Both the position numbers and the translations under genes were made by a program. A model generated the notes under the pieces. The model was not told where the DNA came from. It made no database searches and saw only the letters and a program-made list of their open reading frames with translations. Shown here piece by piece: positions 20,567 through 30,205 of a stretch of 64,000 nucleotides of DNA. The stretch's first letter is position 1; each line of letters begins with the position of its first letter. Source of the stretch: an uncultured bacterium (GTDB taxonomy: Bacteria > Planctomycetota > UBA1135 > GCA-002686595); the NCBI GenBank assembly GCA_943787795.1, contig CALSNU010000006.1:32001-96000 (forward strand), in the 5' to 3' direction.

Positions 20567-21799
20567 ATGATCCACCCCCTTCTCTTCGCACTGCATGGCC
20601 TCTCGATGGCGGCCCCGCCGACCCTCCTCGAATCGAGCGTCGAGGCTGCGATTCCCGCTGCGGGCGAGTGGTTCGACCTCTTCGACGGCTCGACCCTCGA
20701 GGGCTGGACGCAGAAGAATGGAACCGCGAGCTACGAGGTGGTCGACGGCGCGATCATCGGAACGACGAGTGCGAGGAGCCCGAACTCCTTTCTCTGCAGC
20801 GACCGCTTCTACGGGGATTACGAGCTCGAGTTCGACGTCAAGCTCTTCGATGACCAGCTCAATAGCGGCGTCCAGATCCGCAGTCACTCAAACCCCGCGT
20901 ACAAGGGCGGGCGGGTGCATGGGTACCAGGTGGAGGTCGCCACGAACGGCCACGCGGGCTTCATCTATGACGAGGCCGGTCGCGGATGGCTGAGCAAGGA
21001 TCGGGATCAGCCGGCGCGGCGCGCTGCCTTCAAGAAGGGGGAGTGGAACCGGTACCGCGTCATCTGTTTCGGGCAGTCGATCCGTACCTGGGTCAATGGC
21101 GTCCCCGTCGCCCACGTCACCGATGCGGTCTCACCGGCGGGCTTCATCGGGCTCCAGGTCCACTCGGTGGGTGGCGATCCGAAGTGGCGCGTGGGCTGGA
21201 AGAACCTCCGCCTCCGTGAGCTCGGCGACGGCGGCGGCTTCGCCTCGCTCTTCAACGGGCGCGATCTGTCTGGATGGAAGGTCGCGGAACGTCCCGAGAG
21301 CGTCCGTGTGGAGAACGGTGCGATGATCGTCAACGGCGACCGTGCCCACGTCTTCTACGACGGGCCCGTCTACCACCACTCCTTCAAGAACTTCGAGCTG
21401 CGCGCCCTCGTGCGCTCGAAGCCCGGGTCCAACAGCGGGATCTACTTCCACACGCTCTTCCAGGAGGCCGGCTGGCCCTCGAAGGGCTATGAGGTGCAGG
21501 TGAACAACACCCAGGGAGACTGGCGCCGCACTGGCGGGCTCTACGGCATCGACGACCTCCGCGAGCCGCCCGCCAAGGATGACGAGTGGTTCCCGATGCA
21601 CATCAAAGTGGTGGGCCAGCGCGTACAGATCACGGTCAACGGGCGCGGGGTGATTGACTACACCGAGCCGGAAGACGTCGAGCGCCCCGACTCCTTCGCG
21701 GGGCGGCTCGTGGATCGGGGCACCTTCGCGCTCCAGGCCCACGACCCTGGTTCCGAGGTCTGGTACAAGGCCATCGAGGTCCGGCCGCTGCCGGAGTGA
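20567..21799 (+). CDS. Tandem DUF1080 (3-keto-disaccharide hydrolase-like) protein
   Basis: Two repeats of LFDG/LFNG..L.GW, NSG, GY(Q/E)V, W(N/F), G.I/FxLQxH. Confidence 0.9.
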   Translation: MIHPLLFALHGLSMAAPPTLLESSVEAAIPAAGEWFDLFDGSTLEGWTQKNGTASYEVVDGAIIGTTSARSPNSFLCSDRFYGDYELEFDVKLFDDQLNSGVQIRSHSNPAYKGGRVHGYQVEVATNGHAGFIYDEAGRGWLSKDRDQPARRAAFKKGEWNRYRVICFGQSIRTWVNGVPVAHVTDAVSPAGFIGLQVHSVGGDPKWRVGWKNLRLRELGDGGGFASLFNGRDLSGWKVAERPESVRVENGAMIVNGDRAHVFYDGPVYHHSFKNFELRALVRSKPGSNSGIYFHTLFQEAGWPSKGYEVQVNNTQGDWRRTGGLYGIDDLREPPAKDDEWFPMHIKVVGQRVQITVNGRGVIDYTEPEDVERPDSFAGRLVDRGTFALQAHDPGSEVWYKAIEVRPLPE

Positions 21800-21810
21800 C
21801 CGGCGGCCCG

Positions 21811-22959
21811 CTAGGGGTTCGAGGGAGCGGCGAGCTCCGAGAGGCGCAGGTCGACCTGATTTCGGATGGTCCCGGTGAGATCCATGGTCATCAGCCGGAC
21901 GGCGGGATCGGCATCGCCCCAGTCCACCTCGATCCACCCCACGTTGTGTTCAGCGACCGCCGGGCCGACCCGGCGGGAGCTGGGCTCGATCGTGTCCCAG
22001 TCCTGGTTGATCCCGCTCGCCGTCACGTCGTGCAGCGGATAGAGGCCGGCGGCCTGCTGCCGGTTGATCTCACCCCAGTGGACGTCGCCTGAGATGAACA
22101 TCACGCCGCTGGCGGCGGTGTCGCGGATGAGCTGCACCATGCGTCGGCGCTCGGCGGGGATCAGGGTCCAGCTCTCCCAGCCGTTGTAGCTGTGGGCGAA
22201 CTGGATGCTGGTAGCGATGATCCGAAGGTCGGCCGGCTCCCTGAGGCGCGCCTCCAGCCAGCGCCACTGAGCATCTCCCAGGAGGTCGGCGTCGCGGTCG
22301 GGGTTGGGGCGGTACTGGTTCTTGAAGGGCGGGTCCGGGACCTCTCCGTTGGTGATCAGCGGGTCTCGGAAGCTGCGCGTGTCGAGGAGAATGACCTGCA
22401 GCGTCCGACCCCCGTCTTGGAAGCGCTCCGCGTGGTAGATCCCGGGGTGCGCCCGCCGGCTCGATTCGACCGGCTCGCGCCAGAAGTCCAGGAAGATCTC
22501 TCTGGATGCCTCCCGGCCTGAATACTCCGATCCGGAGTCGTTGGCGCCGTAGTCGTGATCGTCCCAGATCGCCAGGGTCGTGCAGTGCTCCCGCAGGGCC
22601 TGAAACTCGGGCCGGGCTGCGAGAGTGCGGTACTTGCCCTCGAGGACGTCCATGTCCTCGGTGTCGCCGTAGATGTTGTCGCCCAGGTAGATGAACAGTT
22701 CGGGGTCCCTGGCGACCACCTCCTGCAGGATGGGCTGGGGCCGCTCCTGATCGGCGCACGATCCGAAGGCGATGCGCGCGGGGAGTCGACTCCCATCGAT
22801 GTTCTGCGGTTCATAGCCGAACCGATCGGTTCCCGTGCTGGAGCAGGCCGCGAGGGCGATGGCGAGGCCGACTGCGAAGCCGGTGGCGAGGCCGGAGAGC
22901 CGGCTGGAGCGGAGCATCATCTGTGGTGGTTCGGGTAAGGGGCTCTTGGCGGTGGTCAT
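21811..22959 (-). CDS. phoD: PhoD-family alkaline phosphatase (lipoprotein)
   Basis: IAFGSC, YLGDNIYGD, IWDDHDYG, LLDTR, LLGDAQWRWL, ESW and ISGDVH motifs. Start uncertain. Confidence 0.85.
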   Translation of the reverse strand: MTTAKSPLPEPPQMMLRSSRLSGLATGFAVGLAIALAACSSTGTDRFGYEPQNIDGSRLPARIAFGSCADQERPQPILQEVVARDPELFIYLGDNIYGDTEDMDVLEGKYRTLAARPEFQALREHCTTLAIWDDHDYGANDSGSEYSGREASREIFLDFWREPVESSRRAHPGIYHAERFQDGGRTLQVILLDTRSFRDPLITNGEVPDPPFKNQYRPNPDRDADLLGDAQWRWLEARLREPADLRIIATSIQFAHSYNGWESWTLIPAERRRMVQLIRDTAASGVMFISGDVHWGEINRQQAAGLYPLHDVTASGINQDWDTIEPSSRRVGPAVAEHNVGWIEVDWGDADPAVRLMTMDLTGTIRNQVDLRLSELAAPSNP

Positions 22960-22994
22960 CTGACGTCGGACTCCGTGCGGGCGGCCCTCGCCGC

Positions 22995-24236
22995 TCAGCG
23001 GTGGGCCAGTGCGAGGTATTGGGCCGCGGCCGCGCTCCACCGGAAGTGCTCGGCGACGTGTGCGCGGAGCGCGCGGCCAAGGGACTCACGGGGCTCGGTT
23101 GCGGCCATGAGCTCGAGCACTCGGGCCGCCAGCGCCTCGGGGTCCTCGGCGGGGACGAGGGCGCCGTTGACACCGTCCTCGATGAGCTCCCCGACGCCGC
23201 AGATGTCCGTGGCCACCACCGGCTTCGCGAGGGCGCCCGCCTCAAGGAGCACGATCGCAAAGGACTCCACCCTGGAGGCCAGGACAAACGCCTCGCAGGC
23301 GTCCATGAGGGCGAGCGTCTGCGGGTGAGGGAGGTTCTCGATCATCCGAACTCGCTCCGCGAGGCCAAGCTCGTCCACCAGCGCCCGGGTGCTGGCGGAG
23401 GTCTCCCCTGCTCGACCGATCATGACCAGGTCGAGCGTGTCCTCCTGTTCGGCGATCAGCTGGAAGGCGCGGAGGAGGACGTCATGGGCCTTCTTGTGCT
23501 CGAAGGTCCCGACGCTGCAGAGATAGGGTCGGGGCCGAGGCGCTGGCGGCGGCGTTTGCGGCGGCGTTTGCGGCGGCGACACGGCGAGCGCCGCGGTGAT
23601 CCGCTCCACATCGATGCCGTTGTGAATCGTGGTCACCGTGCCCACCGGGAGCTGATACTCGCGCGTGACCTCGTCTCGCAGTCCGTCAGAGCAAGCGATG
23701 ACGTGATCTGCCTTGCGGAGCATCCGGCTCCAGAGCCAACGCGTCGGCCCCGAGCGGCCGAAGGTCGAGCGGATCTCGAGGCCGTGGAGGGAGATGACGA
23801 TGGTGTACGCCGGCCCGCCGAAGGAGCGGGCGAGGAACCAGGTCAGCAGGTCCAGGGAAGGGAAGTGGGCGTTGACCACCCGGACGCGCTCCTGGCGCGT
23901 GAAGGCCCTGATCGCGCGCAGGTGTCCAGGGAGCACGGCGAGGTAGCGGAGCGCGCCCGCCAGGCTGAGGCCGGACCGACGCATCGGCGACCGTACGCGC
24001 AGGAAGGCGCGGTCGAGGCCGTCGGCTCGCTCCCGCCGTGGCGCGACGTCGGCCCAGGAATTCACCGCCAGGAGCGGCCGCATGGGGCCGGAGGCGGCCA
24101 TCTGCTCCATCAACGCCCGCACCACCTGGCTGACGCCGCCGATGGCCCCGAGATCCCAAGCGAGCGTGAAGAGGAACGTGTCCCGCTCGTCGCCCTGGGC
24201 CGCGGGCTCCCCCGGACTCCCTCGGGGAGAGTCCAT
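22995..24236 (-). CDS. Glycosyltransferase family 4
   Basis: GGV, VNAHF, IHNGID, VGTFEHKKAHD and ESFAIVLLEAGALAKPVVAT (EX7E). Start uncertain. Confidence 0.9.
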   Translation of the reverse strand: MDSPRGSPGEPAAQGDERDTFLFTLAWDLGAIGGVSQVVRALMEQMAASGPMRPLLAVNSWADVAPRRERADGLDRAFLRVRSPMRRSGLSLAGALRYLAVLPGHLRAIRAFTRQERVRVVNAHFPSLDLLTWFLARSFGGPAYTIVISLHGLEIRSTFGRSGPTRWLWSRMLRKADHVIACSDGLRDEVTREYQLPVGTVTTIHNGIDVERITAALAVSPPQTPPQTPPPAPRPRPYLCSVGTFEHKKAHDVLLRAFQLIAEQEDTLDLVMIGRAGETSASTRALVDELGLAERVRMIENLPHPQTLALMDACEAFVLASRVESFAIVLLEAGALAKPVVATDICGVGELIEDGVNGALVPAEDPEALAARVLELMAATEPRESLGRALRAHVAEHFRWSAAAAQYLALAHR

Positions 24237-24561
24237 GGGACGGTCGGTGGGATCCGAGGGGGTGGAGAAGGCCCGATTCAAGGTGGTGTCTCGCTGAGCA
24301 GTCCGGAGCGTGAGGGATCCAGACCAGCGCCGGGAAGAGCTTACGCGACCGGGATACCTGCCGTACCGCCGACGCGCCTTGATGGCGTGGATCGAGGAGG
24401 TCCCAAGCTGGTCCATGGGCCCGGACCCATCGGCCGAGGTGCAGAGGGCAGTGCACAGGCCGGTTTCATCAGTCGGGTCCATCTGGCCGGCTCACCGAAT
24501 CGGCACCAGCGGCGCGCGCGAGGGGGGGCGGAGGCTCGAGCGGCGGCCTCGCCCGTCGCCG

Positions 24562-26808
24562 TCAGTCGTTACCCGAGGCGTAGCCGAGCTCGGCGAGCTG
24601 CGCGCGGAGCTCGGGGGAGGAGCTCGCTCCGCTCCCTTGCCAGCGGCGGGGGTGGGCCTGCCTCAGGGCCTTTAGCGCCTCGGCGGTCCCTTCAAGGGTC
24701 CACTCGAGGCTCGAGACCCCGGCCTGTTCACCGGGGTCCGACTCGAGGCGGAACATGGTCGTGCTCGGGTTGGTGTCCTCGGGCCGGAGGTCCTCGGGGT
24801 ACCACAGGAGCTTCACGCCGCGGCGCTCGAGCGCGTAGGTCATCTCCTGCGACCCGGACGGCCGATAGAGGACCCAGCGACTGGGGTCTTCGTCGCTGCC
24901 TCCGCGCGGCTCGAGGAGGGAGCGTCCGGACCACCCAGGCGGGACCGGCGCGTCCGCGACCTGGGCGATCGTGGGCGCGATGTCCACGGCCATGGCGGGC
25001 ACGTCGCCGCTGAGTGAAGCGAAGGCGCCGGGGCTCGGCGGGAGGAGGATCAGCGGGACCCTGAGCTGTTCCTCGTACAGGCTGTTGCTGTGGTTGAACT
25101 GGCCGTGCTCGGCGAACTCTTCACCGTGGTCGGCGGTGATGATCACGAGCGTGTTCTCGAGGGCGCCGGACCTGCGGAGGCGGTCCATGAAGTCGCCGAA
25201 GGCGTCGTCGAGCTCGCGGATCTCCGCGTCGTAGAGGTCGCTGAGGTAGCGGGCGTCTTCCGCCGAGTAGTCGTGGGGCTTGTGGGCCGGCGGCACGTCG
25301 CCCACCCGGGCATCCTTGGGGAGTGGTCCGTCGTAGGGGCGCACCAGGAGCTCCCGCGCGGGCCCTTCGGGGTCGTAGGGCGTGTGGACCTTGTAGGTGT
25401 GGACGAAGGCGAAGAACGGCCGTTCACGCGCTTCAATCCAGTCGGCGGCGCCGTCGAAGGTCTGGTCCACCTCGGCGAGGGCGCAACGGAATCGCTGGAA
25501 GCCCTGGGCGAGACCCAGCTCCGGACGGACGTAGCCGGCCTCGGTGAAGGCCGCGGTGTCATAGCCAGCGTTGAACAGGACCTCGGCGATGGTCTCGGCC
25601 TCTTCGGGGAGGCGGACCGACGCGTCGAAGACGCCGTGTTCCACCGCGTGCAGGGAGGAGAAGAGGGACGCGTGGGAGGGGAGCGTCCACGGGGCGGCGC
25701 TCCAGGCCCGCTCGAAGAGCACACCCTCGCGTGCGATGGCGTCGATGCGGGGCGAGGTGGCACGCTCGTAGCCGTAGCACCCGAGGCGGTCGGCCCGCAG
25801 GGTGTCGAGGACCACGAGGAGCACGTTGGGCCTTGGGCGCTTCGTCGGCCTCGCGGCGAGGGCCGGGTCGAGCCAGTACGCCCTCCCCGCGCCGGACGAC
25901 CCCGTCTCGGTGGCGCGGACCTCGAACGTGAGCCTCGCTCCGTTGGCGTGGTCCGGGAGCATGGGGATGCGCGCCTCGTGCACGGCGTCCGCCTGTTCGG
26001 CGGTGAGGGTCGTCTCCCAGAGGGTCTGCCTGGGACGTCCCTCAGCGCTCCAGGCGATGGCGAAGTGCAGGGCTGCGTTGGATTGCTCGTTCACCTCGAG
26101 CATCGGGACGCCCGCTGGCTGGGCCACGGTGCGGAGGCTCCAGCGATCACGGGCGAAGCCGAACTCGAGGGGCCGTCGGGCATCGGCGGGCTCCAGGTCC
26201 CATGAGAGCGCACTCCCTGCCATGGTCCGGACGGCGCGGCGCGCCTCACCGTCGAAGGTCTCGTGGCGGCTCGGGTGGCGGTCTCCGGGGAGGGTGGCGA
26301 TGACGCCGAGCCGCTCGCTGAGGGCAGACGCGCTCGTGGGATAGCATGGACGAAATGCCGGGGGCTTGGCCTGGCGTGACGGGGTCGCCAGGTGCACCCC
26401 GGTGGGGTCCACGAGGACCTCGCCGGGCGCGACGGCGCCGGGCTTCATCGGGGCCTCCAGCTCGAGGCCCTCCTGGCGGGCGCCGGGCCCGGTCAGGTCC
26501 GCGATGCGCGCCAGGAACCCTGGGCCGGAGACGGGCATCGTGGGGACGCCGCGCCATCGTTGCGGGGTCTCATCCGGCGGGGTGGTGGGGAAGACGTTCC
26601 AGGGCTGAAAGAGCTTGTCGAGGAACCACACCTCGTCGGACGCCTCCAGCGCGGAGAGCACCGGGTCAGTGCTCGGGTCCGGGAGGGCCACGTCGGCGAT
26701 GGGGCGGTCCATCAGGCCCCTGGGTCCCTCGCGCCGCGGCGACGCGGGCTCCCCGGCGCACCCGATGACGGCGGCGAGAACGAGGCAGAGTAGGAGGGCG
26801 CGGATCAT
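24562..26808 (-). CDS. Sulfatase-like lipoprotein with N-terminal extension and Thr-type motif
   Basis: Lipobox VIGC; NVLLVVLDTLRAD, APWTLPSHASLF, HTPY, ADHGEEF and C-terminal LAELGY. Confidence 0.85.
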   Translation of the reverse strand: MIRALLLCLVLAAVIGCAGEPASPRREGPRGLMDRPIADVALPDPSTDPVLSALEASDEVWFLDKLFQPWNVFPTTPPDETPQRWRGVPTMPVSGPGFLARIADLTGPGARQEGLELEAPMKPGAVAPGEVLVDPTGVHLATPSRQAKPPAFRPCYPTSASALSERLGVIATLPGDRHPSRHETFDGEARRAVRTMAGSALSWDLEPADARRPLEFGFARDRWSLRTVAQPAGVPMLEVNEQSNAALHFAIAWSAEGRPRQTLWETTLTAEQADAVHEARIPMLPDHANGARLTFEVRATETGSSGAGRAYWLDPALAARPTKRPRPNVLLVVLDTLRADRLGCYGYERATSPRIDAIAREGVLFERAWSAAPWTLPSHASLFSSLHAVEHGVFDASVRLPEEAETIAEVLFNAGYDTAAFTEAGYVRPELGLAQGFQRFRCALAEVDQTFDGAADWIEARERPFFAFVHTYKVHTPYDPEGPARELLVRPYDGPLPKDARVGDVPPAHKPHDYSAEDARYLSDLYDAEIRELDDAFGDFMDRLRRSGALENTLVIITADHGEEFAEHGQFNHSNSLYEEQLRVPLILLPPSPGAFASLSGDVPAMAVDIAPTIAQVADAPVPPGWSGRSLLEPRGGSDEDPSRWVLYRPSGSQEMTYALERRGVKLLWYPEDLRPEDTNPSTTMFRLESDPGEQAGVSSLEWTLEGTAEALKALRQAHPRRWQGSGASSSPELRAQLAELGYASGND

Positions 26809-27058
26809 TGACGTGGAGCTTGCTGGGGCGTCCGCCCCGGATCTCGTTGACCGGGACGCGTGGGCCGGACCTCGGTGGCCGCAGCCTGAGGGCTCGATCC
26901 CGCTGGATGGTAGCGACTGGGGACCCCTGTCCCACGGAGCCGTGCGACGTTCCGTGCTCCCAGGTGCGTCCCGTTTCTCTTGTCGTCCGGCCGAAGGCGC
27001 TTACACTCCGGATTCGAAGTCCAATCTCCACCACGCGCCCCTCCACGGGCCCCATTCG

Positions 27059-27628
27059 ATGCGTCAGCTGCTCCTCTCTCCGCTCTTCGCAGCCTCGCTG
27101 CTGCTCCCCGCCGTGACCTCCTGCGCCGGCATGGCCCATCATGACGGCGACGGAGCGCACCACGAGCACGCGGACGCTGCCGGCTCGCTGGTGGCCGTGA
27201 TGACGCCCACCGCGGGCAACGAGGCTCGGGGCACGGTGACCTTCGCCGCCGCGGGCCATGGCGTGGTCTGCACCGCGACGATCTCGGGGCTCACCCCGGG
27301 AGACCACGCGATCCACATTCATGAGTTCGGCGACATCCGGCTCGACAACGGCAAGGCCTGCGGGGGGCACTACAACCCCGAGGGGCACGACCACGCCCTT
27401 CCCACCTCCGGGATGCGCCACGCCGGCGACCTGGGGAACCTCACCGCGGACGCCGCTGGAAACGCGAGCTACACGATCGCGCTGGACAACGTGACCATCG
27501 ACGGCGACCACAACCCCATCGTCGGTCGCAGCATCATCATTCACGTGGGCCCCGACGATGGAGGGCAGCCCACGGGGAACGCAGGCGCCCGGGTCTCGCA
27601 GGGCGTGATCGGTTACGCCAAGCCCTGA
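27059..27628 (+). CDS. sodC: Cu/Zn superoxide dismutase (lipoprotein)
   Basis: HAIHIHEFGD, CGGHYNP, RHAGDLGNL, GRSIIIH and GNAGARV motifs; signal peptide ending in TSC. Confidence 0.93.
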   Translation: MRQLLLSPLFAASLLLPAVTSCAGMAHHDGDGAHHEHADAAGSLVAVMTPTAGNEARGTVTFAAAGHGVVCTATISGLTPGDHAIHIHEFGDIRLDNGKACGGHYNPEGHDHALPTSGMRHAGDLGNLTADAAGNASYTIALDNVTIDGDHNPIVGRSIIIHVGPDDGGQPTGNAGARVSQGVIGYAKP

Positions 27629-27650
27629 TCCCCGCCGGGCCTCGCTCGAC

Positions 27651-27693
27651 GAAGGGAGCCCCGACCCGCGCAGCGCGGATCGGGGCTCTCTTC
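27651..27693. terminator. Hairpin between convergent genes (probable bidirectional terminator)
   Basis: GAAGGGAGCCCCGACCCGCG-CAG-CGCGGATCGGGGCTCTCTTC: 20-position stem with one mismatch and one GU pair. Confidence 0.65.
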
Positions 27694-27725
27694 ATGGGCG
27701 CCGCGGCGTCGCCGCCGCGGAGAGC

Positions 27726-30068
27726 TCAGTCGGGGTACTTGATCGTCGTCAGCTTCAGCGTCCCGTTGAAGGGGTAGGGCGCGTCGTCGTAGTAGTCCAG
27801 TGAGACCGGGGAGCCGAGGTCGCTACCCAGGTCGAGGCAATCGTTGGCCGTGAACGCGAAGGGCGCGGTCATGGGGACCTGCCCGCCAGCGACCCGCTTG
27901 CCGTTGACCTTGATGGTGATATCCATGGGCGATGCCGGCTTGGCCGCGGCGAGGCGCGAGGACACCTCGATGACCGCGGGGCCTACCGGGATCTTGGCGT
28001 CGCTCGTGAAGCGCGTCCGCTCGATCTCGAAGAGGTTGTACTCGTAGTTGATCTTGCCGTCCTTCAGGTAGACGGTCATGCCGCCGGAGAACGAGCCGAG
28101 TGCGTAGAGCACGCCCTCCGCGTTCTCGGGGATGTCCGCTTCGATGCGGACGTCATTGTCAAACTTGCCCAGCTTGGGCGCCGCGAACTCGGGCATCCGG
28201 TCGATGGTCCCTCGGAACGTCCAGTCCCGGTAGGGGGTCGCGGGCGCGTCTTCGGGGTGGTAGACGACCGACCAGAGGCCGCCGCCGATGGGGAGGTTGT
28301 TGTTCTTGACGGACTCCACCAGGAACATCTGCTTCATCGTCTCCACCTTCTCGGGCATGGCGCTGGCGAGGTTGTCCGCCTGGCTCCAGTCCTCGTCGAT
28401 GTTGTAGAGCTCCCAGACGTCGTTCTCCGGCGACCAGGTCGCGATGCCCTCCGGGAGGCCCGGGAGCCACGGCGTCCGCACCCCGAAGGTCCCGGCGAAC
28501 CACCCGTCGTGGTAGATGCCCCGGCTGCCCATGATGTCGAAGAACTGGGTGTTGCGCTCGCCCGGCGCGGCCGCGTCGTTCAGCGAGTACTTCATGCTGA
28601 TGCCGTCGATGGGGTCCTGGGGGATCCCGTTGACGGTGCGGGGCTGCTGGATATCCAGGAGCTCGTAGACGGTCGGGGCAATGTCGGCCACGTGGTGGAA
28701 CTGGGGCCGGGGCGTGGCCTCGGCCTTGATGCCCTTGGGCCACGAGACCGCGAGGGGCTGGCGGGTGCCGCCGAAGTGGGCACCCACGAGCTTCATGGAG
28801 CGGTACGGCGTGCTGCCGGCCCAGGCCCAGCCGGCGTGGTACATGTTGTCGGTCTTGGGCGTCCCGAGCGCGTCGAGGCCGCCAAGCTCCTCGAGGGCCT
28901 CAAGGTGCTGGTCGATGGTGGTGGGGATCGAGTTCTGGGCCAGGAGCTCGCTGATCGTTCCGTTCTGCCCTTCGCCCGAGGAGCCGTTGTCCCCCCAGAT
29001 GTAGAAGACGAGGGTGTTATCGAGGCGGCCCTGGGCCTCGATCTCGTCGATGACGCGACCGGCCTCATGGTCCGCGTGTTCGACGAAGCCTGCGAAGACC
29101 TCCATCAGGCGGGACTGGAAGGGCTTCTCCGACTCGGGGATGGAGTCCCAGGAGGCGAGGTTGTCGGGGCGCGGGGTGAGCTGGGCGTTCTGAGGGATCC
29201 AGCCCATGCGCTTGGCCCGCTCGTACGTGCGCTTGCGGTACTCGTCCCAGCCGTCGTCGAACTTGCCCGCGTAGCGGTCCGACCACTCCTTCATGATGTG
29301 GTGCGGACCGTGGGCGCAGCCGGTGGCCCAGTACATGAAGAAGGGCTTGTCGGGCGCGAAGGCCTGCTGCTCACGGAGCCAGTGGATGGCGTCGTCCGCG
29401 AGGTCCTCGGTGACGTGGTACCCCTCCCGGTCGATCTCCTCGTGGTGTACCGGGGTGGTGTTGCGCACCATGTTCGGCTCGTACTGGGAGGCCTCGCCGG
29501 CGAGGAAGCCGTAGAAGTGCTCGAACCCGTAGCCCGTGGGCCAGCGGTCGAAGGGACCCTTCGAGGTCGTCTCCTCGGCGGGGGTGTTGTGCCACTTACC
29601 CCAGGCGCCGGTGTTGTACCCGTAGGCCTTGAGGATCTCCGCCATGGTGGCGGAGGACTTGGGGATGGCGCCGCTGAAGCCGTCCCAATCGTTGGCGAGC
29701 TCACAGATCTGACCGTTCCCCACGCGGGTGTGGTTCCGACCGGTCAGGAGCGAGGCTCGCGTCGGCGAGCACATGGCCGTGGAGTGGAACCGGTTGTACG
29801 AGACCCCCTGCTTTGCGATCCGATCGAGGGTCGGCGTGTTGATCTCACCGCCGTAGGTCGAGGCGGTGCCAGGGCCCACGTCATCGATCAGGATGATCAG
29901 GATGTTCGGCGCATCCTCCGGAAGCCGTCGCGTGGCGACACGCTTCTTGTGGACCGAGTCCTTGATGGTCAGCCCAGGGGTAGACGCGCTGGGAGTCGGC
30001 GGAAACGGGAGGGTCTCCTGGGGCGCCGGGAGGGCGGCGGCCATGAGCAACAGGGCGGTGTGTAGCAT
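27726..30068 (-). CDS. Arylsulfatase (long AtsA-like type)
   Basis: PNILIILIDDVG, CSPTRASLLTGR, GKWH, GDNG and WELYN motifs; C-terminal beta-sandwich. Confidence 0.92.
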   Translation of the reverse strand: MLHTALLLMAAALPAPQETLPFPPTPSASTPGLTIKDSVHKKRVATRRLPEDAPNILIILIDDVGPGTASTYGGEINTPTLDRIAKQGVSYNRFHSTAMCSPTRASLLTGRNHTRVGNGQICELANDWDGFSGAIPKSSATMAEILKAYGYNTGAWGKWHNTPAEETTSKGPFDRWPTGYGFEHFYGFLAGEASQYEPNMVRNTTPVHHEEIDREGYHVTEDLADDAIHWLREQQAFAPDKPFFMYWATGCAHGPHHIMKEWSDRYAGKFDDGWDEYRKRTYERAKRMGWIPQNAQLTPRPDNLASWDSIPESEKPFQSRLMEVFAGFVEHADHEAGRVIDEIEAQGRLDNTLVFYIWGDNGSSGEGQNGTISELLAQNSIPTTIDQHLEALEELGGLDALGTPKTDNMYHAGWAWAGSTPYRSMKLVGAHFGGTRQPLAVSWPKGIKAEATPRPQFHHVADIAPTVYELLDIQQPRTVNGIPQDPIDGISMKYSLNDAAAPGERNTQFFDIMGSRGIYHDGWFAGTFGVRTPWLPGLPEGIATWSPENDVWELYNIDEDWSQADNLASAMPEKVETMKQMFLVESVKNNNLPIGGGLWSVVYHPEDAPATPYRDWTFRGTIDRMPEFAAPKLGKFDNDVRIEADIPENAEGVLYALGSFSGGMTVYLKDGKINYEYNLFEIERTRFTSDAKIPVGPAVIEVSSRLAAAKPASPMDITIKVNGKRVAGGQVPMTAPFAFTANDCLDLGSDLGSPVSLDYYDDAPYPFNGTLKLTTIKYPD

Positions 30069-30205
30069 CAGCGATGAGGGGAAGTTGTGGAGTCCCCTGC
30101 GGCCTGGGCCGCTCGGTCTCGAACGGCTCCCGCAAGGGGCGCTGACGCGGTGTCAGCGAGCGCTCCAGATAATCGCCAAGCTGCGACCACTTGCCAACAG
30201 AGTCC

